Origin: Candidatus Latescibacterota bacterium
Lineage (GTDB): Bacteria; Latescibacterota; UBA2968; UBA8231
DNA: 64,000 nucleotides
Reading direction: 5' to 3'
NCBI GenBank assembly: GCA_965223905.1
Contig: CBDCXV010000001.1
Coordinates: 640,001-704,000, forward strand
This document shows positions 31,647 through 39,657 of the stretch, piece after piece. Position 1 is the stretch's first letter; each line of letters starts with the position of its first letter. Below the pieces are notes generated by a model. The model worked only from the letters and a program-made list of their open reading frames with translations. It did no database searches and was not told the origin of the DNA. Made by a program: the position numbers and the translations under genes.

Positions 31647-31795
31647 TGTTTTGCAGATGTAGCCTTGCCTATATTTTTTAGCCAGGTCAATAGACCATCA
31701 GCTTATATCAGTATAGAACTGAAGCGCTTCTTAACGGGGGGCGTCAACCTGGAGTGCCCCCCCCCACCTTCCTGGCCCTCCAACGTAGCACTTCC

Positions 31796-33220
31796 TCAGG
31801 GCCGGTCCCACGGCAGCGAGTAGGTCTTGACCCAGGTCATCGCCTTCATCGTTTCGAGCACCCCTTCCTTGTACCCGAGCCCCGATGACTTGATGCCGCC
31901 GAACGGAGTGGTTTCGAGGCGGTAGCTCGGAGCCTCGTTGACGTTCACCGTTCCCGCTTCCAACTCGCCGATCACCCGCTGAATCGAGGGCCAGTGATCG
32001 CTGACCACGCCCGAGGACAGTCCGTAGGGGGTGTCGTTGCCGATGCGGATCGCCTCGTCGAGGGAGGAGACGCGGATGACCGGCGCCACCGGGCCGAAGG
32101 TCTCCCGGGCCACCAGCTCGCAGGCGGGATCGACCCGGTCGAGGGCGGTCGGGAAATAGAGCGCGCCTTCCCGCCGGTGGCCTGCCAGCAACTCGGCGCC
32201 GCGGCCGAGGCAGTCCTCCACCCGCGCCTCGATGCCGCGGGCGGCTTCTTCGGAAATCACCGTGCCGACATCGGTCTCCTCTTCATACGGGTCGCCGCAG
32301 CCCAGTTGCGAAACCGCCTCCGCCAGGGCCGCGGAAAAACGGTCGGCAATCCGCTCGTCGACGACGATGCGGCGGATCGCCGTGCAGCGCTGCCCGCTGT
32401 TTTTGAAGATACCGGCGACGGCGATTCCAGCCGCGGTTTCAGGGTCGGCATCGGCGAGCACGAGCAGCGGTGAGCTGCCGCCCAGCTCGAGCACCAGCCG
32501 CTTGTACCCGGCGAGGGCGGCGATGCGGCGGCCGGTGGCGCTGCTGCCGGTGAAGGTCACCATGTCGACGAGGTCGTGGGCGACCAGGCGCTCCGCCACC
32601 CCGCTGACCGGGCCGTTGAAGACCGCCAGCGACTGCGGCGGCAGCCCGCACTCGAACGCCAGCTCGGCCAGGTAGTAGGCCGACAGCGGCGTTTTCTCCG
32701 ACGGCTTCAGCAGCACCGTGTTATTGGTCGCGATCGCCGGCGCGATCTTGTGGGCGACCTGGTTCATCGGGTGGTTGAACGGGGTGATCGCAGCGATCGC
32801 GCGGAATGGGTAGCGGGAAGTGTAGATGCGCCGCGGGCGCCCCTGGGCGGAGACGTCGCACGGGAACACCTCGGAATCGTCCTGGAGCGCCGCCATCGCC
32901 GAGAAACGCAGTGCCTCGCAGACGCGCAGCGCTTCGTAGCGGGTGTCCTTCAGGGACAGCCCGGACTCGTCCGTTATCATGCGGCTGATTACATCGCTGC
33001 GCTCCTCGACGGCGGCCGCCATCCGCATCAGCACGTCGCTGCGCTCTCGCCGGCTCAGGCGCACATCGGCGGCGTGGACCTGCTCGACGATCTCGTCGAC
33101 GCGCCCGGGATCGAGAGAGGCGACCCTTCCGACCGGCTCCGACGTGTACGGGTTGCGCACGTCGATCCACTCGCCGCTCGGTTGCTGCTGCCCGCCGATG
33201 ATGCTGCCGTATTCACGCAT
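31796..33220 (-). CDS. phnY: Phosphonoacetaldehyde dehydrogenase
   Basis: ALDH motifs ITPFNHPMNQVAHK, LELGG, NSGQRCT, ETFGP, PFGGIK; ending GLGYKEGV…VKTYSLPW; adjacent to phnA. Confidence 0.88.
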   Translation of the reverse strand: MREYGSIIGGQQQPSGEWIDVRNPYTSEPVGRVASLDPGRVDEIVEQVHAADVRLSRRERSDVLMRMAAAVEERSDVISRMITDESGLSLKDTRYEALRVCEALRFSAMAALQDDSEVFPCDVSAQGRPRRIYTSRYPFRAIAAITPFNHPMNQVAHKIAPAIATNNTVLLKPSEKTPLSAYYLAELAFECGLPPQSLAVFNGPVSGVAERLVAHDLVDMVTFTGSSATGRRIAALAGYKRLVLELGGSSPLLVLADADPETAAGIAVAGIFKNSGQRCTAIRRIVVDERIADRFSAALAEAVSQLGCGDPYEEETDVGTVISEEAARGIEARVEDCLGRGAELLAGHRREGALYFPTALDRVDPACELVARETFGPVAPVIRVSSLDEAIRIGNDTPYGLSSGVVSDHWPSIQRVIGELEAGTVNVNEAPSYRLETTPFGGIKSSGLGYKEGVLETMKAMTWVKTYSLPWDRP

Positions 33221-33362
33221 GGGTCCTACCTCGGAATGCCCGCGACGTGGAAGGTTGCGCGTTCCGACCGCGGGGTTGCAGCTGGTCTTTCACCGTTGGG
33301 TTGCTGCTGCCGGCGCCGGGTGCCTCTGCCCCTTCGGTTCGGCAAGGCCATGAGACAGCAGA

Positions 33363-34577
33363 CTAGCCCTCGACGCCGCTGCAGAGGGCGTCGAAGAGGT
33401 CGAAGTTGCGCATCCGGTTGCCGGCGAGGCGCTCGCGGTAGCGGCTCTTCAGAGGGCGGTTGACGATGAAGGGGACGGTCGCTTCGTGAAGCCCTCCGTG
33501 CGACCTGAGCCCCGTCCCGACGCTGGACAAATCGTGCCACTCCGGGGTCTTGCCGAGCACGGTGCCGCGGTCCGCCAGCAGCACGAGATCGCCGATGAGG
33601 TCGGGGGGCAGCGCGAACTCGGCGGCCGCCTCCTGTTTGGCGAGGACGCGCTCGACTCCCGGCACCTGTGCGAGCAGGGCGCGCGCCCGGGGGAGGTCCG
33701 CGGCCCCGAGATAAACGGTCGCGTACGACCCCAGGGCGCCGTGGTGGACGACGTACGGGTCGGTGACCGGCAGGATCACGCGCGCCTCGAGGCCGGCGGC
33801 TTCGAGAAGGCTTCCGAGGTACTGGACGTTCGGCGAGCCGTCGGCCCGTGTCTTGTCGTTCATGCCGTGGTCCGCGGTGATGCCGACGACGGCGCCGCAG
33901 TCGTGCAACTCGCCGAGGAAGACGTCGAGGCGGCGGTAGAAATCGGCCGCTTCGGGCGCCCCCGGCGCGAACTTGTGCTGCACGAAGTCGGTCGTCGACA
34001 GGTACATCAGGTCGATCTCCCCCCGCTGCAGCAGGCGCGCCCCCGCTTCGAGGCAGAAGACGCTCGCCTCGGGATCGTAGATGCCGGGGTTTTCGCGCCC
34101 CACCAGGCCGAGGACGTCGCCGATGCCGTTCTCCGCCTCGGTGACCGCTTCGGCGCGCTCGACCGAAAAGCTGATTCCGCGCAGGCCGTGGCCGAGAAAG
34201 CGGCGCAGCTTCTCCTTGGTGGTGATCGCCGCCACCCTGGCGCCCGCCTCGCTGAAGGCCCCGGGAATGGTCCGGGCGCGCAGGTCCTGCGGGTCGTCCA
34301 TCATGACCTCGCGTCCGTTGGCCTCGTCGTAGTAGTAGTTGCCGCAGATGCCGTTGACGTCCGGGGTGGTTCCGGTGAGGATGGCGACGTTGTTCGGGTT
34401 GGTGTAGGAGGGAATGACCGCCTGCGCCAGGCCGGAGCAGCCGGCGGCGATCAGCTCCTGCAGGTTCGGCATGGAGCCCGCGGCCGCCTCGAGGTAGGCC
34501 GGGTCGCAGCCGTCGATGCAGATACCGACGACCGGCGCTGCCGGCAGATTGTAGTCGCGGCCGTTTACTGTGGGCAT
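33363..34577 (-). CDS. phnA: Phosphonoacetate hydrolase
   Basis: CIDGC, PSYTNPNN, YLSTTDFVQHK, TADHGMN, DPYVVHHGALGS, RSHGG. Confidence 0.93.
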   Translation of the reverse strand: MPTVNGRDYNLPAAPVVGICIDGCDPAYLEAAAGSMPNLQELIAAGCSGLAQAVIPSYTNPNNVAILTGTTPDVNGICGNYYYDEANGREVMMDDPQDLRARTIPGAFSEAGARVAAITTKEKLRRFLGHGLRGISFSVERAEAVTEAENGIGDVLGLVGRENPGIYDPEASVFCLEAGARLLQRGEIDLMYLSTTDFVQHKFAPGAPEAADFYRRLDVFLGELHDCGAVVGITADHGMNDKTRADGSPNVQYLGSLLEAAGLEARVILPVTDPYVVHHGALGSYATVYLGAADLPRARALLAQVPGVERVLAKQEAAAEFALPPDLIGDLVLLADRGTVLGKTPEWHDLSSVGTGLRSHGGLHEATVPFIVNRPLKSRYRERLAGNRMRNFDLFDALCSGVEG

Positions 34578-34578
34578 T

Positions 34579-35646
34579 TCAGCACTCCTCGGCGCGCACC
34601 GCGATCCGGTGCCAGGCCCGGGATTCCGCCGCGGCGAACGCTTCATCGAGCCGCGACAGCGGATAGGGGGAGGGGGAGACGAGCCGTTCGTACGGATGGG
34701 TGGCCGCGGTCGCTTCGAGGAACCGCAGCGCTTCATGGAGATGCCGGGGGCTGTAGTTGTGGACGCCGCGCAGGGTCAGGCACTTGCGGATGATCTGCTC
34801 CCCCGTCAGCTGCAGGGCGCTGCGGGGGTGCACCATGCCGGCGAGAAGCAGCCATCCCCCGGTGCGCACGAGGTCAACGCCTTCCGGCAGAAGCGAGGGG
34901 TCGCCCGCGGCCTCGATGACGGCGTCGGGGCCGTGCGGGCAGCGGTCGCGGACAGTCGCCGTCCTCTCTTCGGGACTCGCCCCGAGAGGGGTGGCGCCGA
35001 AGGATGGGGCCAGCGCCAGCCGTCCCGGGTCGGCGTCCCAGCAGAACAGGTGGCGGACGCCGCGCTGCCGCAGCAGCGCGCACAGGTACAGACCGAGGAG
35101 GCCGGCTCCCTGGACCAGGGCGCTTTCGTAGGACCCGGGCAGCTGCGAAACGACGTTTACCGCGGTCGCCAGGACGCAGTTGGCCGGGGCGACCGCGGCG
35201 TCGCTCAGCGATTCAGGCACCGCGACTGCCTCGGTGCCCGGGCGCAGCAGGATGTGGGAGGCGTAGCAGCCGCTCGCGCCTCCCTCGGCGAGCGAGGCGT
35301 GCCCGTACTTGAACAGGGACTCGCACTTCTCCGGCAAGCCGTACCCGGTTTAGAAGGCGCAAGCGCCGCAGTTGTCGACGAGGGACCAGGTCACGCGCGT
35401 CCCGGCCGCGAGGTTCCGGCCGGTCCCGGCGGCGGCGACCGTCCCGACCCCCTCGTGTCCGAGCACCGCCGGGACCGGCTGGGAGCGGGTGCCGCGCACC
35501 GTGTGCAGGTCGGAGCCGCAGATCGTCGCGAGATCGAGCCGCACCAGGACCTCGCCCGCGGCCGGCTCCGGCAACGGCAGGCGGCGCAGCTCGAAACCGC
35601 GGTCCGGTCCCCGGAACACCTGTATCACAGCTTCGGTCGAAGGCAC
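34579..35646 (-). pseudogene. Zn-dependent alcohol dehydrogenase (phosphonate-cluster type) with in-frame TAA at 35350-35352
   Basis: ICGSDLH and LGHEG, then CGACAF*TGYGLPEKC continuing in the same frame to GAGLLG and LRGVHNY. Confidence 0.85.
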
Positions 35647-35716
35647 GGTAAGTTTGCTCTATGCTGGATTTGGGTCGTCGCGGCTGCCCTGTGGCACGCC
35701 GGCGGGAACAGGGCCC

Positions 35717-36448
35717 TTACGGCTTGCGCCAGTAGGCCTCGAGCCGGTCCTGCGGCTCGAACCCGAGCAGCCGCCGCGCCTTGGCGTTGGAGTACTTGCC
35801 GTGCGGCAGGTCCGCGGTGACGAAGAAGGCCTCGTTGCGGCTCGGAAGGGTCGCGAGGTCGACCTCGAGAGCCAGCCTGATGGCCAGCCCGGCGTCGCGC
35901 CAACTGACGGTGAACGGGTTGAGGTCGCCGCCCACCTGGTCAGCGGGAGCCTCGTGGGAGCGGAAGTTGAGGAACAGCATGCAGAGGACGTGGATCGGGT
36001 GGTTGGCGGCGAACAGGCGGCAGATCTCCTGGCCCGCGGATTTCGACAGGGCGTAGACGCAGTCGGAGCCGGAGTGCGCCGGTACCTCCTCGGGAATGCC
36101 GAAATCGAACTCGTGGTAGAAGCTGCCGGTCACCGTGAAGTGCGGGCCGGTGTTGACGAACCGCGGCATGCCGAGCTCGACCGCGGCGCGCACCGCGTTC
36201 CAGGTGCCCAGGGTGTTGACGTCGAAGGCGACCTTGCGATGGGGACGCAGCACCGAGCAGTTGACGATGACGTCCGTGCCCTCGGCGGCCGCCATCACCT
36301 GGCCGAAGTCGGCGACGTCGACCTTCATCGTCTCGTGGGGGGAGTCGATGCCGACAATGTCGGTGAGCCTGAGGTCGCAGCGCCCTTCGAGCTCCTTCAC
36401 GACCCAGGGGCCCAGCATCCCGTGGGCGCCGAGTATCAGGACCTTCAT
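35717..36448 (-). CDS. NAD(P)-dependent epimerase/dehydratase (uronate dehydrogenase-like SDR)
   Basis: ILGAHGMLG, VNTLGTWN, YALSK. Confidence 0.85.
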   Translation of the reverse strand: MKVLILGAHGMLGPWVVKELEGRCDLRLTDIVGIDSPHETMKVDVADFGQVMAAAEGTDVIVNCSVLRPHRKVAFDVNTLGTWNAVRAAVELGMPRFVNTGPHFTVTGSFYHEFDFGIPEEVPAHSGSDCVYALSKSAGQEICRLFAANHPIHVLCMLFLNFRSHEAPADQVGGDLNPFTVSWRDAGLAIRLALEVDLATLPSRNEAFFVTADLPHGKYSNAKARRLLGFEPQDRLEAYWRKP

Positions 36449-37140
36449 GCGAAGTTGTGCCGCGGCTCGAAGCCGAGAGCGGTCCGGGCGGCGTCGATGC
36501 GGAAGCGCGCTCGCGGGGAGGAGGACTGCACATGGAGGATCTCGAAGGCAGGGGCTCCGGCCGGGCGTCCGACCGCGGCGGCGATGGCGCGGGCGGCGTC
36601 CGACAGCTCGAGCCACATCGGGTCGTACGGCTGCCCTTCGGCCTCGGCGGCCTCGACCAGGTGGCCGAGCCGGAGGCAGGTGCAGGCGAAGCGCCCTTCC
36701 TGGGCGAACTCCTCGGCGACGAACTCCCCGAGGTAGATGCCGAGCTGTTCCGGGTCCGTCGACGGCAGCGGCCGCCATGTCTCGCCCACCACCATCTCTT
36801 CGTCGTAGGGCAGGAACAGGTCGAGGGTGCTGATGTAGATGAGGCGGCCGACTCCTGCCTCGGCCGCGGCGAGGAAGAGGTTGTAGGCGCACCGCGTGCC
36901 GGCGTCGATCCAGTCCTCGGCGGCCGGCTGCGGACCCGGATCGGGGATGTGGACGATAGCCTCGATTCCGCACACCAGGCGATCGGTGGCGCTGCCGTGC
37001 CCGAGCTGCGACTGCACGAACTCGCAGTCGGTGCGGATGCGGGAGCGGTGGCTGAGCCGCAACTCGTGGCCGGCCGCCTGCAGCTCCGGCGTCAGGCCGC
37101 GGCCGAGCCGGCTGCCGGCGTTGGTAACCAGGACCTTCAC
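36445..37140 (-). CDS. Degenerate NAD(P)-dependent epimerase/SDR
   Basis: VLVTNAGSRLG, YNLFLAAAEAGV, IYIST, LRLG; no YxxxK motif seen. Confidence 0.75.
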   Translation of the reverse strand: MKVLVTNAGSRLGRGLTPELQAAGHELRLSHRSRIRTDCEFVQSQLGHGSATDRLVCGIEAIVHIPDPGPQPAAEDWIDAGTRCAYNLFLAAAEAGVGRLIYISTLDLFLPYDEEMVVGETWRPLPSTDPEQLGIYLGEFVAEEFAQEGRFACTCLRLGHLVEAAEAEGQPYDPMWLELSDAARAIAAAVGRPAGAPAFEILHVQSSSPRARFRIDAARTALGFEPRHNFA

Positions 37141-37146
37141 GTTCGG

Positions 37147-38628
37147 CTACAGGATCTGCTGGTCGATGTTCATCGGTACCATGTCGTGAATGTCGCTGTC
37201 GTCGAGAGCGGTCGGGGACTGCATCTCGACCTGCGCCGACCGGTGCAGGTCGCGGATGGAGCGGCAGCCTGCGGTCGCCAGGGTCGAGCGCAGGATCTGC
37301 AGCACCAGCGGGAGCTTCTCGTAGATCGAGCCGAGGTGGGGGACGTATCCGGTGATTCCCTCTTCGAAGAAGAGGTCCTGCAGCTGTGCGTAGCGGCGTT
37401 GATTGCGGGCCTTGCTGCTGCCCTCCATCCAGTACTCCTTGACGATCTCGCCGCCGGCGTTGCGGACCAGGTTGCCCACGCTTTCGGTGTAGCGGGCGAA
37501 GAAGTTGCCCATCATCAGCGCGTCCGCTCCCAGCGCCAGCGCCACCGACATCTCTGCGGGGCCGCTGATGCCGCCGTCGGCGATCAGCGGAATGTAGCGT
37601 CCTTCCTTTTCGAACAGGGCGTCGCGCACCGGGGCGATGTCCATCAGCGTCGTGGCCTGCCCGCGGCCGGTCGCCTTGACCTCCATCGTCGTGCATCCCG
37701 AGCCGATGCCCATCCCGACCTTGACGGCATCGGCCCCGGCGCCGACGAGAAACTCGAACCCCTTGGAGGTGATCACGTTGCCGGCGATCACCGGGACGTC
37801 GTAGCTGCTTTTGATCCACTCGAGCATCTGGCGCTGGAAATGCGTGTGCCCGTCCGAGGCGTCGATGACGAGGACGTCGACCTCGCGCTCGACGAGACTC
37901 TGCACCCGCTCGCGGTCCTCGGGGTGGGTGGAGACCGCGGCCCCGACGAGCAGGCGTTTCTTGCTGTCGATCGATTCGTTGGGGTGCTCGAGGTGCTTGT
38001 CGAGGTCTCTCTTGAAGACCACGGACTGCAGGATGCCGTCCTTGTCGATGATCGGCAGGAAACCGCGGCCGTACTTGATCATCAGCTCGTTCGCTTCCTT
38101 GAGGTCGGCGATGTCGACCCCGGCCTGGACGTCCCGGCGCATCCGCTCCCCCACGGTGCAGGCGTGGTCGCCGCGCACGTCGAAGTCCTTGTCCGTGATG
38201 ATGCCGAGGAGGCGGCCGTGAAAGGTGCCGCTGTCCGTTACGGGAAAGGTCGAGTACCCGGTGTCCCGGATGATTTCGATGACGTCGGCTATCACGTGCC
38301 GGGGGGACAAGGTCATGATGTTGGTCTGAAAGCCGGCCTTGAAGCGCTTGACCACGTCGATCTTTCCGCTCTGCTCCTCCATCGTCTGGCTCACCGGCAG
38401 GATGCCGATGCCGCCGAGCTGCGAGATCGCGATCGCCATCTCGGCGCCGGTCACTGCCTGCATGGCGGCGCTGAGGAACGGCGTCTTCAGCTTGAGGAAG
38501 CCGTCGCCGCGGGCGCACAGGGGCGTCCCGAGATCGACGTTGAGGGCATTGCCGTCCGGCGGCGTGTACCCGGGCAGAATGCGGAACTCTCTGAGGCTGT
38601 GGGAGGGACGGTTGAGAATCTGCGCCAT
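37147..38628 (-). CDS. guaB: IMP dehydrogenase with CBS domains
   Basis: SAAMQAV, GGIG, IAGNV, KVGMGIGSGCTT, ADGG, KEYWMEGS, EEG; start MAQILN at 38628. Confidence 0.93.
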   Translation of the reverse strand: MAQILNRPSHSLREFRILPGYTPPDGNALNVDLGTPLCARGDGFLKLKTPFLSAAMQAVTGAEMAIAISQLGGIGILPVSQTMEEQSGKIDVVKRFKAGFQTNIMTLSPRHVIADVIEIIRDTGYSTFPVTDSGTFHGRLLGIITDKDFDVRGDHACTVGERMRRDVQAGVDIADLKEANELMIKYGRGFLPIIDKDGILQSVVFKRDLDKHLEHPNESIDSKKRLLVGAAVSTHPEDRERVQSLVEREVDVLVIDASDGHTHFQRQMLEWIKSSYDVPVIAGNVITSKGFEFLVGAGADAVKVGMGIGSGCTTMEVKATGRGQATTLMDIAPVRDALFEKEGRYIPLIADGGISGPAEMSVALALGADALMMGNFFARYTESVGNLVRNAGGEIVKEYWMEGSSKARNQRRYAQLQDLFFEEGITGYVPHLGSIYEKLPLVLQILRSTLATAGCRSIRDLHRSAQVEMQSPTALDDSDIHDMVPMNIDQQIL

Positions 38629-38865
38629 CGGCGGCCTCTCGGTGGTGGACGCGCGCGGGCGTGCGGTGGGGCGGGATGGCGGAGCCGAAAGCGGCTCCGC
38701 GACAACAGGTAAGGGGCAGAAAATAGCGGGGGGAACCGCTTTGTTCAAATGGGGTTCCGCCGTTATGTTCTGAAAGACAACGGCTCGCGGCGCCATGGCG
38801 GACCGCGATTTTCCGCGGATCCTTTCAGCCGCCGCAGAGTCGTACTCGAGAAGGAGGAAAAGGGA

Positions 38866-39120
38866 ATGTTTTACAGTCGATACTATCCCGGGAACAGCTC
38901 CGGCGGCCGCCTGACCGGCTTCGTCATCGGATGTTTCGCCGGATTCGTGGTCGGCAGCGCCCTCGGGGTGCTGCTGGCGCCCCACCGCGGCGATATCACC
39001 CGCCGCAAGATTTCCCGCCGCGCCGAAGAGACGAAGGACCAGGTCGTCGAGAAGGTGGAAGACCTGATGGTTCACCGCAGGGAGGAAGAGGCCGATGACG
39101 AGGAAAAGGCAACTAGCTGA
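38866..39120 (+). CDS. YtxH-domain protein
   Basis: GFVVGSALGVLLAPHRG..TR motif; RBS AAGGAGG. Confidence 0.8.
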   Translation: MFYSRYYPGNSSGGRLTGFVIGCFAGFVVGSALGVLLAPHRGDITRRKISRRAEETKDQVVEKVEDLMVHRREEEADDEEKATS

Positions 39121-39430
39121 CGCCCTCAGGGAGGGCCTCGCCGGCGCCGCGGAGCGCGGCCGCGTTCTCGGTCAGGCGCTGAAGGTCCGCGCCGACATCG
39201 CCGCTTCCCGGCGCCAGCTGAAGACCACCTTCGGCGAGCTGGGGAAGCACGTGTACTCCAGCATCAAGGCCGGCGATCTGCCGGCCGCGGCCGGCGCCGA
39301 AGGGGACGAGGTGGTGCTGGCGTACACTCAGCGGATCGACGGCTGCAAGGCCCACATCCGGTTGAAGGAGGCGGAGCTGCGGGAGATCGTGCGATCGGGA
39401 GCGCGGGAGAAAGGCGAGCCGGAGAGCTGA
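39095..39430 (+). CDS. Hypothetical coiled-coil protein
   Basis: Overlaps the YtxH gene; contains the FGELGKHVY helix. Confidence 0.65.
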   Translation: MTRKRQLADALREGLAGAAERGRVLGQALKVRADIAASRRQLKTTFGELGKHVYSSIKAGDLPAAAGAEGDEVVLAYTQRIDGCKAHIRLKEAELREIVRSGAREKGEPES

Positions 39431-39462
39431 ATGCGAACCCCGTACGACAAGGAGGGCAACAG

Positions 39463-39558
39463 GTGCGCTTCCTTTGCGGCATGATGGTCGGTTTCTGCCT
39501 CGGCCTGATGCTGCTCAGCTGCCTGATCGAGTGCCTGGAGTGCGACCGGGCTGACTGA
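39463..39558 (+). CDS. Putative Cys-rich hydrophobic micro-protein, 31 aa
   Basis: GTG after AAGGAGG: MRFLCGMMVGFCLGLMLLSCLIECLECDRAD*. Confidence 0.45.
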   Translation: MRFLCGMMVGFCLGLMLLSCLIECLECDRAD

Positions 39559-39657
39559 GCAGCCGGCCAGCCTGCCGCGGCCGCAACGGCGACCCTCTAT
39601 TTTTGCCCTGGTTCAAACCTCGACCAGGGCCGCACCGGACCGGCACTTCCGGCGCGG

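Noticed and set aside
35350-35352. Selenocysteine recoding in the alcohol dehydrogenase
   Set aside because: The codon is TAA, not TGA.
35717-38518. 933-aa ORF read as a giant epimerase
   Set aside because: Alternate-frame read-through across guaB and the second SDR; the real gene starts at 36448.
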